DNA from: an uncultured Nitrososphaeraceae archaeon
GTDB lineage: Archaea; Thermoproteota; Nitrososphaeria; Nitrososphaerales; Nitrososphaeraceae
Assembly (NCBI GenBank): GCA_963765895.1
Contig: CAVXZB010000059.1
Coordinates: 1-64,000 of the forward strand
Reading direction: 5' to 3'
DNA length: 64,000 nucleotides
The translations under genes and the position numbers were made by a program. The notes beneath the pieces are model-generated. The model saw only the letters and a program-made list of their open reading frames with translations, did no database searches and was not told the DNA's origin. Below are positions 26,295 through 36,406 of the stretch, one piece after another. Each line of letters opens with the position of its first letter. Positions within the stretch are counted from its first letter, which is position 1.

Positions 26295-26479
26295 GTCAGA
26301 TATGTCAGATATGTCAGATAGGTCGTTGGGCTGGATACAGATAGTTCAATGCGATGCGAGATTAAGGTTGGGGAGGTCAGATAGGTCAGATAGGTCAGAT
26401 AGTTGAAATGCAATCAAGGCGGTATGTGGTTCAAGATTCGCAGCTATAAAGTGTCAGATAGGTCAGATAGGTCAGATGG
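26295..26479 (-). repeat. GTCAGAT 9-bp-period array (3+3+3 units)
   Basis: Units at 26295/304/313, 26376/85/94 and 26453/62/71. Confidence 0.92.
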
Positions 26480-26576
26480 ACCTTAATTGTATTATAATGA
26501 CACGAACATTGCCATCATCGCTCAGGTAATAGACACGTCAGCTCGTGTGATCCTCTAATTCATATGTCATGGTAGT

Positions 26577-26900
26577 GATCCTATTGATAGGTAAAACTAT
26601 CAAGACCGGTGATTAACTTAATATCAGTCAACTATTAATTGGTGATACCTATAGATAGTAGCAATTAGTCGATGCGAATCAACATACTAATTCCGTTAAT
26701 ATGCAATAAGTTCAACACATCGGACAATATCGGATTTTTAACACATCTAGCATAATCATCCCGGAAATAACGTTATAATAAGATAGGAGCGTGCCAGGTT
26801 ATAAATATTATCAAAAAATCTGTGTCCTATGTGTAGACTGACGTCCCAGGATGGTGATAAAATTTGTGTATGCTGATATGATGAGGCGCGCCAAATATCA
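26577..26900. repeat. non-coding segment with diverged copies at 34009-34055 and about 35450-35720
   Basis: GATCCTATTGATAGGTAAAA identical at 26577 and 34009; CTATAGATAGTAGCARTTAG, GGACAATRTCGGATT, AATCATMCCGGAAA, GCGTGCCAGRTTATAAATA and GAGGCGCGC shared in the same order with 35470-35717. Confidence 0.8.
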
Positions 26901-26914
26901 CGTAAAACTGGGTA

Positions 26915-27050
26915 TCATGGATTTGCAATTTGCTCGCTTTTGTATCAACACCTGGCTGAAAGCCTGTTATTGTGTCTGTCCCAGGTCCACAATTAAACTA
27001 GTCGCGTCCTGCGCCTCCAGTCAGAATATCGTTACCATCGCCAGCTGGAT
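26915..27050 (-). pseudogene. C-terminal remnant of RTX-type Ca-binding protein
   Basis: Manual translation: GDGNDILTGGAGRD*FNCGPGTDTITGFQPGVDTKRANC. Confidence 0.7.
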
Positions 27051-27471
27051 CTAATAGATATAGTTTTTGAAAAATTGATCCGCAGTATAGACGCGGTCAT
27101 GATGACTAACAGGTATATCAGGAGAAGCAATGACTACTCAGAGTCTTGGCCTATCCCCCTCGTAGATGGGGAGATAAAAGGAATTAGTAAGACTAAGCAA
27201 TACCATGACCGCGGTGATAATCAATATAGCGAAGGAAAAAATTTGCAAATTAATGGTCCTAAAATCTAGAGTATGTATAATTAGTTTTTTATAGGCAAAT
27301 TTCACCCTCCTGCCCACCTAAGATAGTCAAGTGTGTCGGTTTAGAAATGGTCCCCTTTCATAGTAGGCCTAATACTGTTTTTGGTGAAAAATAGGTAAAA
27401 TATAATGAATAAATATTCAGATTTTTCTTACATAATACCTATTTTAAGGCCATTAGTAGTGTATACAAATA

Positions 27472-28420
27472 ATGGACAAAATTAATTTACTTGTCAAAAC
27501 TCTCTTGATAACCACTCCTCTCAGTTCCAATTGTAGCAGTAACAGTAATCAGCAACTCGAATAATTATAAGCAAATGCGTCTACTAATACTACAGAAACA
27601 CTATCTTCGCTACCATTATCAATTCCATCTCTTCCATCTGCTTCTTTAGTAAATGAAACGGTTACTTCCTCTAATAATAATTCGTTTGTATATGCAAGTC
27701 CAACTGTTTTAAATTTAAGAGTCTTTGGATAGAGTGGATAGGTGGGTTATAAAGTTCCACTATATAATTTGGTACACGTCCTGCTCCCTTATGCTATGGC
27801 CTTCAGCTAAATGAACTCCTAAAGCATCCTATGAACGAAACTCAAAGAGATCAGTTGTTAAAACATTTCTTTTACAAAAAACTTGGTATACGCAGCAAAC
27901 TTTACTAAATATTTTAATGGCAAAAATTAGCACACCAACTGAGACTAAAATCACAGGCCCAACAGGTCCAGGAGTTATTTGCAAATTCCCCTACCGCTCA
28001 GAAACAAACACTACTGCAAATAATTGTAATCCTTCACTATGGAACTTTATGCCACTACCCGGGCCACCAAGGTTAGATAATGCTCAACCCATGTGTCACG
28101 GTAGCAGGAAATGTATCTGTGGTACAGTTTCCAGCCGATGGAGATGCAGTTATGGCCTTAACATTGGATAAACCATATAGCAATATGGTTACGGTAGGAG
28201 AAATTTCAATGACAAAATGAAAGGAGGGATATGGGTAGAATTAATATATTAGAAAAGCCAATGAATTTAACCACAGTTGAACCCTTCAAAATAGGATCTT
28301 GTAAAGGCTATAATGGACCGGTATTTAATCTTCCTAAAGTGGGAGACCACTTGACGGTAACAGGTAAATACATAATTGATGTGCGCCGCGAAGGCGGTCA
28401 TGCTAATCCACCTACCCTCG
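27472..28420 (+). pseudogene. secreted hypothetical protein, paralogue of 29382-30168, multiply frameshifted
   Basis: CNPSLWNF...PPRL...CVTVAG...ADGDAV...GGIWVEL...PKVGDHLTVTGKYIID...GGHA across frames; boundaries approximate. Confidence 0.6.
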
Positions 28421-28559
28421 AGGGTAGATATGGATGTCCATCCCCGCATAATCGTGGTGACGTGTGGCGAGCCTTGTAATAGAATTTACTTAAAGTCTTA
28501 AACCTAACGTTAAGTCAATGCTGACCAGAGAGAATTTGAACCAATAAAAATTATTTTTT

Positions 28560-28860
28560 CTCCTTTTCGCAACATTTTACATTCGGACACTTTAACAATC
28601 AATTCATTTATCATGTTTGCTCCTGCAATACTAAGAGCATGAATAATGATTCTGCTGAATGGGGTTCGCCTTTGGAGCTAACCGTTCTAATAGTACTTAT
28701 TTGTCCACATTGAGAGAGCATCTTATTAAATAGAAGTGCATTTTCTTTCCTTAGAGCATCTGTAAAGCCATTCCATGTTTCGATCTCTTTAGCTAAGATA
28801 TGGACATTGCCATTTTCATTTTGTTCATCTTTGGGACACTTCCATTATCATCTTGAATAG
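28560..28860 (-). pseudogene. small helical hypothetical protein (EIETWNGFTDALR...SKGEP...ESLFMLLVLQEQ)
   Basis: Manual translation; about 95 codons with frameshifts; not in the ORF track. Confidence 0.5.
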
Positions 28861-29170
28861 TTTACATTCTCTTTAATAATAGATCGCAAGGGGAGAGGCG
28901 AATGAGTTTGTATATTCATTGAAATATACTTATGTGCTGCTTTCATGAACGTGATCTCAATTTGGTCAGGCTTAGCACTTAGGTCTAACCGAAGAGAAGA
29001 CGGCGAGGACGCCTTGCTATAGGTAGGCGCAAGTATTAACGTCTAATCATATGTCTTGAATAGTAGCGATCACTGAAGTTGGTTATCAAGTAATCTTGTT
29101 CAGCGATTATTATTTCTAGACTCAATCAACTTTAATACAACCAGATCTGATTAATAATTAACAGGATAAA

Positions 29171-29377
29171 ATGACATACTCCTTACATAAGAATACTGAA
29201 ACTATAATTGAGTTATCTGATGATTTTGTCAATCGTCTGATTAAAGATTTGGAGGAACTAGCAAATAGTAAGAAACTTTCGGATACGCATGAAAGAGCAG
29301 ACAAAATATTATTGGAATTTGCCCCTGATGAAATTAAGGATGCTTGGAAAAAGGTAACAAAAGTGAAGATAGAATAA
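29171..29377 (+). CDS. small hypothetical protein
   Basis: 68-aa charged helical ORF with ATG start, immediately followed by the next gene. Confidence 0.5.
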   Translation: MTYSLHKNTETIIELSDDFVNRLIKDLEELANSKKLSDTHERADKILLEFAPDEIKDAWKKVTKVKIE

Positions 29378-29381
29378 ACCT

Positions 29382-30168
29382 ATGACAACCATGAGGGGAT
29401 GCATAATAATCTCATTTTTGTTTGCCTCTTTAGTCATTGTTCTCGTTGCTATCCCTGACGTTTTATTTCCTCAAAATAGTTGAGGCAAGATGTCCAAATG
29501 GTTATCACAAAAGTCCGAATGGCGATTGTGAACTGGTGGTTTCTCATGAAGGAAAGTGGCCTAGATGTCCAAATGGTTTCCATCGTAGTCCAGATGGAGA
29601 TTGTGAGAGAGTCGCCGATAATAATAGTAATGATGGCAACAATAAATAATGAGGACCAACTAAGCGACATTCCTTCCAATAACGGCAAAGATACAACTAG
29701 CAATAGATTCTCATCATCTGGTACCTCAGCCTCTATTCCACTATCACCATCAATTGTAACAGCCTCCGAATCAACACCAGGAAAATGTGACGACTCACTT
29801 TGGAATCATGTATATAATCCAAGCAGGTTGCAGATAGTTGATAAATGCATAACTGTAACTGGTATTATCGACAGTATCAGATCTGAACAAGACGGTGATT
29901 TGCATATACGATTAAAGCTTGATCCTTCGCATTCTCATCTAGTAAACCAGGCTAATGAGAAAACCAATTTGGAGATCTAGTCCTAGAGCCTATTTGTATA
30001 GGAAAAGTAACCCAAGCGAGTGCAATTTCTGCTTGTCAGAATTTCCATCAAGGCATTGATATTCCACCAGTAGGTAGCCACATTCAAGTTATTGGATCCT
30101 ATGTATTAGATAAGGAACATGGTGAATGGGCAGAAATACATCCTATTACAACTATAGCAAAGGAGTAA
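29382..30168 (+). pseudogene. secreted protein with two CPNGxHxSPxGDCE repeats and a C-terminal DGDLH...EIHP domain, three frameshifts
   Basis: Signal peptide from ATG 29382; repeats in ORF 29437-29649; SLWNHVYNPSRL...DGDLHIRL in 29480-29980; DLVLEPIC...DKEHGEWAEIHP to stop 30168. Confidence 0.7.
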
Positions 30169-30699
30169 CAATTACACTCACAGTCATTGCCAACAATATC
30201 GACGAGCAGTATTGTATCCAAATTATTCCTTTACGTTAGAACAGAAACGAGATAGATCTCAGTGTTTAGACAATATTGGGCGAGCCATGTTTTACCATAG
30301 TAACTAATGATGCTTATTTCGCATTGGTCTTGGATTAGGTCCCTTCTTTCAACTTCGATAAGGATGTCTCCCCAGCGTCCTCAACTGCAATCGATTTTTA
30401 GCTTCTGGTTAATGCTAGGATTGTATCCAGTTCATCCATCTCTATACGGCGCGATGGACTGCCTTCCCTTCTGGATACCTTTAGTAGGTAACCGTGAGGA
30501 TAATTCATAGTCGGTATTCCTCTATCCATCAGAAATGCCTTGGCTTCCTCAGCATTCATTTTTCAGAGGTATCTGGCCGATATCGTTTAAAACACTATGG
30601 ACCTGAAAAATTGCCCATTATGTGCATATCCAAAGCGTATGAATTCTCAAGCAATCTCTATATTGTATTCTTTTCTACAATCATCCAGCCACCATGGAA

Positions 30700-30809
30700 C
30701 TAGAAATGCCAAGGACGGGATCCTGGTCGATCACTGGGATGTGATTCAAGACGAGGCGAACCAGGAGCCAGTCAAAGAGCGGTCTTCCCATGTTCGTGTC
30801 ATGGACTAG
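30700..30809 (+). pseudogene. SnoaL-like (NTF2 fold) C-terminal fragment
   Basis: DGILVDHWDVIQDEA followed out of frame by ...QSKSGLPMF. Confidence 0.55.
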
Positions 30810-30903
30810 ATTTTTTTATCTATATTCAAGATTACCGTAACCATGGATAGAACACATATCGCCGTCATTATGGAATAGCCATTGTTGATGTATAGAAAAC
30901 CAA

Positions 30904-31111
30904 CCCTGACGGATTAGATTTGCTAGTTATTCTCATGGAATTTTCACGCTCAGACCACTAGTAATATTCTATCCGTCAGGGTATCCATAGTAACCATCAG
31001 TACATATTTCAATTCTATGTAACAAAATTAATTAATTTCTATAAGGAATAGCACGTATTCATAATATGGAAAACCAATATAGTACTATGGATACCCTGAC
31101 ATCTCTGACGG
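30904..31111. repeat. 18-bp perfect inverted repeat flanking an AT-rich core
   Basis: GTCAGGGTATCCATAGTA (30975-30992) and TACTATGGATACCCTGAC (31083-31100); CCCTGACGGAT (30904) is inverted to ATCCGTCAGGG (30971). Confidence 0.85.
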
Positions 31112-31254
31112 CCTAATTTTTCGAGTACACCAAAAAGCGTAAAAGAGCCAGCTACTTATCGAAGAATTGGGGGCCACACATAGGAACACCTGCCCACAAT
31201 AAGCCCTCTACTGAAACTTTATGGTCTGATTATAAGTTTTGGGTATTTTCCTTA

Positions 31255-31509
31255 CTAATTTATATAATATTTCTTAAGCAGACTGTCTAGTAATACCTCA
31301 GTATCATCAACATCAAATATCTTCGTGGTTCCTCCCTGACTCATGCATTCCTCAGTGAATTCATAGATATGCCTTGTCAGCGCTTTGATTGCCCCTGATA
31401 CTATAAGCGGCATCATGCTGTAGTGACCAACTGCCCCAGGAGGATGCCCGTTCAGGATTGCTGCCGTTTCTATATCACTCTTCGTTGTTACTTTGAATGG
31501 ATATCCCAT
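31255..31509 (-). CDS. hypothetical protein (possibly a fragment)
   Basis: 84-aa ORF; no family recognised. Confidence 0.3.
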   Translation of the reverse strand: MGYPFKVTTKSDIETAAILNGHPPGAVGHYSMMPLIVSGAIKALTRHIYEFTEECMSQGGTTKIFDVDDTEVLLDSLLKKYYIN

Positions 31510-31796
31510 TTCTACTGAAATATCGTCTGATTCCGATGCTTCCCCCTTTCAAACTTTCATCATCGTTGAGTGTTAGGCTCGGCGGGACCATCCACGAGTT
31601 CTTCTTAGACATTACTAAGCTGAATTGTACCAATAGTTGAGTAAATGCTCGGAAGTATCAAATATTGAGATACTATTTCCGCAGGTATTCCTAAATCTTT
31701 GATAAGACGATTGATATCCGTAATATTCAAGCTATTAACAATGCAGTGCCGCTTCCTGACAATAATAAATATACGAGATGATGTGAATAGGATTTT

Positions 31797-33331
31797 ATGA
31801 ATTCCAGTATCAACAGAGCATTAATATTTCAAGGAGGCGGTTCGCTTGGTGCATACGAAGCGGGTGCCTATAAAGCTATTAATGAAGAACTTTCAGCATA
31901 CTTTAGATCAGTAGGCAGAGGAAACGAGCCAATATTTCATATCGTATCCGGAACGTCAATAGGCGCAATAAATGCTCCTTTACTAGTAAGCTATGTAAAG
32001 GAAAATAAAACATGGGAAGGATCAGGCGAAAGGCTTGTCGAGTTTTGGGAATATCTGTCTACTCAGTCGTCTGTTGAAAACATACCATACTTTACAAACT
32101 ATTGGGATTCTTGGCGTAGATTAGATAGACGAATTGCTTCAGGAGAATCTGCCAGAAGATACTTTAGCACTAAGGAATTTATTTTTAGAGGAGTTCCCCA
32201 TGTGTTTATACCAAAGACACCCTTGCCAGACAATAGATTTTTTGATCCTTCAAATACGTGGTATGTCTATGACAATAGACCATTAAAAGAAAGCTTGGAA
32301 AAGTTTGCCAAGTTTCCTATTTCCACAAGCTTCGAGAATAATGAACCAAGACTCTTGCTAGTTGCTGTGGATGTACAAGAGGCTACTCCTGTGGTTTTCG
32401 ATAGCTACGAAAAAGAGGATGGAACAAGGAAGTCTGAATATGGCAAATATGGTAGAGTTAAATTTATAGATTCAGCGAAGAATCAGAATGAGAATCAGGA
32501 GAAAGAGGCATTTGAGCACGTTATAAGATACGATGATGGCATAAAGTCAGATTTCGTTTTGGCCAGCTGTTCAGTTCCAGTTAATTATGACTATACTAGG
32601 ATAAATGTGGAAACCCGAAACCTGGCCTTGGGAGAAGGACGAGACGAGAAAAATGTAGCCATGGAGATTAATAATCGGCCTCATCAAATGATGAAAGTAA
32701 TAGCGACTTACGCATCTTCTGGGACGGTGGACTATTAGCTAATACACCTCTAAGACAGACCTACCTTGCTCACAAGCATTATTGGCAGCGAGTTAGAAAA
32801 TTAGAAGATAATATACCAAGTCTCAAATTTGGTATAATAAATCTCCATCCGATTAAACAAGAATATCCTTCTTATGATTATGATGGCGTTATTGACAGGA
32901 AGAACGATATCATATACCATGATAGAACAGAATTTGATGAATATGTTGCAGTTCTTATATCTGATTATGCAACACTCGCAGACCAGCTAATTAAATTAGC
33001 CGAAGGGAATGGTATGAGTAAAGAAGCACTCCAAACAATTTTGAATAGAAAAGCTAAGGCTACTTTTTTAGCCACGGGCAAGCATGGGAGATATATTGAT
33101 TTAGTAAAGGGTAGAGTAGATATTGATTTTGTTGCTCGCTTGGAACGAAAGAACGACAGTCATACTATTTCAAATAAGACATTTGACTTTTCAAAAACTA
33201 CGGTCCGACAGCTAATTCAAGACGGATATGACGAGAGTAAGGAACAGATGAAAGCAATAGTTGCTAGTTTAAGAGAGGGAATTGTCTGGCACATAGTCAC
33301 TTTTCAGAATCTAAAATTCCTGTTTTGTTGA
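31797..33331 (+). pseudogene. patatin-like phospholipase, frameshifted near 32680
   Basis: ALIFQGGGSLGAYE, GTSIG, LASCSVP; FWDGGLLANTP lies in the shifted frame; C-terminal FDFSKTTVRQLIQDGY. Confidence 0.88.
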
Positions 33332-33397
33332 TATCCTCTTCTATAACGACCTTATGAGAGGCCTGAGAATAGGGCAAGCCATACCAAGAGCATTATA

Positions 33398-34005
33398 TTG
33401 ATAAAGCAAGATGTTCGCAACGGGGAACCGGAAACTATGCCATTAGAAAGTTTCCCGGTGAGTTCCCCGTCTGAAAATGGTCCAATTCACGCTCAATTTG
33501 AGCACAAACTGGGAACCGGGAAACTCGGGGACTTGCCTTCATCTGTGGCAGGTGAAAATGAAAATGAAGTGGCATCATCTAATGGGCTAGAAGTACCGGT
33601 AAGTTCCCCGACTTTCCAGAGTTCCCGTTCTGGCGAAAATCACGCTCAATTCGCTAGCGATACAAACGGGAACCTGGCGGGGAAGTCGAGGGGTACGCGA
33701 GTTCATGTTCCCCATTACACCACGCTTCGTTATCAAGTACAAACAGCGAGGCAGCCAAAGTCATCTCTGTAACCGACTTCTTTTATGATGATCCAACTAT
33801 GCCTTACGTAGCGCTACCAGACCATGAATTGGACCAGAGCCCATGTTGTCATATTATATCTATAAAGGATGGATACTATTACTGTAGGTTGCATCCTGAA
33901 ATAAAGAACGTACATCTGGAATCCATAGAGCACCACATCAAGTACAAAGATCCAGCGACGCATAAATCAGAGTTATTAAAATTGTCCAAACTTACTCATA
34001 ACTAG
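33398..34005 (+). pseudogene. 3' tail of a putative replication protein (repeat-rich linker plus small Cys/His domain)
   Basis: Low-complexity ORF built on GGGAAC/GTTCCC motifs, then YYYCRLHPE...IEHH; same layout as the MCM tail (repeat linker then Zn finger). Confidence 0.4.
33420..33715. repeat. alternating inverted GGGAAC(T)/(A)GTTCCC motif clusters
   Basis: ACGGGGAAC (33420) with GTTCCCCGT (33462); 33511-33537 imperfectly inverted to 33598-33626; direct repeat TCACGCTCAATT at 33487 and 33640. Confidence 0.8.
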
Positions 34006-34147
34006 CTGGATCCTATTGATAGGTAAAAATATCAGGATTTGATGAACTTAATATCTTCGACTTTCCAAATCGATGGATTAGGGCTAGCCCTTACAGAAAA
34101 CCACAATGAGTTCATCTTGTTATACTGTGATGAAAGAGCTCACAATC

Positions 34148-35171
34148 TTATAGCCGACCGATCAATTGCATGAGTCGCGTCTGCTCATCATCATCATCAC
34201 CATCATCATCATCACCATCATCATCATCACCATCATCACCTGCACCTGTTGTGTGCACTAGCGATACCATTAGCTCGTCAAGTCCCGCCGCCAGAAGTTC
34301 GGTAAGCCGAGCAACCACTATTGATTCATTTCCAGAAATAACCAAGCTATCTACAAGAGCATCGGGTACCGCCTGGTCTGATGTCAATGAAAAACCTGCA
34401 TTAGAGAACATGGCAGCATAGAAAGGGATCTTAGCATAAAAGTCAAGCATTTGATGTCCTGCGGCTAGGACAGCATGCCGATCTTCGGTAACTGCTACCG
34501 GTACATATGCCACCAATGGAGGCGGTGATCGTCCAACTGCAGCTGCTGATGTACGTAAAGCTGGAATTCCAGTATTAAGCAGATACGGAACAGGACATAC
34601 CCATGTAAGGGCTCCATCGGCAATTTGTCCAGCTAATTGAAATGCTGATTTTCCTAGCGTTGAAATAAGTATGGGAATCTGCGACGTGCGTGGTAATGTG
34701 GCTTTAACGTTATAGAAGTGTCCATGATGATCGACCTTTCCCTGCCAGAGTGCAGGACACGCAGTACCTTTTCAGAATATTCGCGCAGATGGGCTAACGG
34801 CGTTTTCTGTTGCAGACCATAAATATCTTCTATAATAAAGCGGTGACTGGGGCCTATTCCAAGACGCAATCGACCAGGTGCAAGATCATATAAAGCTAGC
34901 ACCTGCTGAGCCAGGACCAAGGGATGACGTGGATAGGTTGGTGTAATCAAGATTGCCCGGCGTCCCGTAGACGTTTTTGTTGCTGAGGCTGCAGAACGTC
35001 GTTAATACATCTGGCAAAACAGGTGGTTGGGCCATCCATATCTGTCGCACTCCAGCGGGCTTCTTTATAAACAATAGTTTTGACCGCGATCGCCACATTA
35101 GAGACCATAATGAGTCCAACGCGTTCTCGTATTGGCGGAAGACTTGAAACTTGAAGACTCTGATCCTCCAT
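34148..35171 (-). pseudogene. LLM-class (F420/flavin-dependent) oxidoreductase, multiply frameshifted
   Basis: PTYPRHPLVLAQQ...APGRLRLGIGPSH; AGQIADGALTW; AGLDEL; acidic GDDDD repeat near the C-terminus. Confidence 0.85.
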
Positions 35172-36208
35172 TATAGATTCACCTCGAAGTGTAATCGTTT
35201 ATTCTCTCAGGGTAGGATATCATGCTGAAGTTTCATTCAAAATCTACTATTTCAACTTTTAAACAGTAAAGTCTTGTTTAACTGGTTTGATAGGTGGCGT
35301 AATTTAATGCAACTAGATTTTGGTTCTAACTACGTCAGGACGAATAGATTCCTCTAGTCATCTTAGATGTAGATTGGTATCAACTGTACTAATGACCATG
35401 AGTAATTTGAAGTCATTGAGGAGCCATGTATCATTAACTATAGCCATATCAACCCATCAAATTGATAATATCTATAGATAGTAGCAGTTAGCAGATTTGA
35501 GTCAGTGTATTAGTTCTGTTGATATCCAAATTATAATAAATTGGACAATGTCGGATTCATATGAAGTACAGCAAAATCATACCGGAAAAGTTGGCATTCA
35601 ATACAGATATGCGGCGTGCCAGATTATAAATACTTCTAAAAAAGACGGATCAGATGTATAAATCTGTGCCTCTGGGTCAAGACAAAAAATTTATGTACAT
35701 TTGTCTAGAGGCGCGCGCCTACCACACCAAAAAAGAAATAGGAAAGTTAGGATAATAATATAGAGTTTGAGAAGGCGGTAGATTACGACGACTTTTGTTA
35801 CTTCAAAGCCGGTGAAGACGCATATCATTCTATAACAAAAGACGGTTGGTACATTCGTGATAGTCAATATGATAGACCTATAGCGTCGCTAGAACCATTC
35901 AAGTACTATCCCTGGTGCTCGAAGGAGTTAAAGAAGAAATGAGGACGTCGCTCATATTCGGTTTATCGTCTCCTCAAGTGTGCGTCAATTAGGACGGTAA
36001 AGACTCTACTGAATCGGCATACATGGGGCTTTTACCAATCAGCAGACACCGATTGAGATGATGTTTGAACGTTTCGATCGGCAAGATACTACCATTTGTA
36101 ACTTAGTTGATTGAGATAAAAAATCGCTTGGTCTTGGTATGTGTAAATAATAGTCAATTTTGACAATTAATCGGAATTCTAAATTAGTTTGTCTGTTCCG
36201 GAAATGAT

Positions 36209-36406
36209 TTATCTCTTTCTTCGATGTTCTTCGTCCAATATCATTGCATATATTTGCTGCATGGCTTCTACCTCTGCTAGATTTTCCTCAACGATTCGCA
36301 TGTTGAACTTTTCCTGGTCTACCGACTTTTGCTTCTTCTGAATTGCTTTGTATATCATATCTTTAACCTCCTTTACCGTTAGTTCCTTCTCTTTAGTTTT
36401 GGGCAA
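36209..36406 (-). CDS. small charged hypothetical protein
   Basis: 65-aa helical ORF with TTG start. Confidence 0.4.
   Translation of the reverse strand: MPKTKEKELTVKEVKDMIYKAIQKKQKSVDQEKFNMRIVEENLAEVEAMQQIYAMILDEEHRRKR

Noticed and set aside
22715-26479. Triplet repeats with unique spacers as a CRISPR array
   Set aside because: The repeats are internally periodic and variable, spacers are irregular and partly similar to one another, one cluster is inside a coding frame, and no cas genes are visible.
30904-31111. Chromosomal oriC with ORB elements
   Set aside because: The repeats do not match the ORB consensus and no orc1/cdc6 gene is adjacent.
24691-33331. Patatins as a CBASS system
   Set aside because: No cGAS/DncV-like nucleotidyltransferase or Cap2/Cap3 genes nearby; only the general patatin fold is supported.
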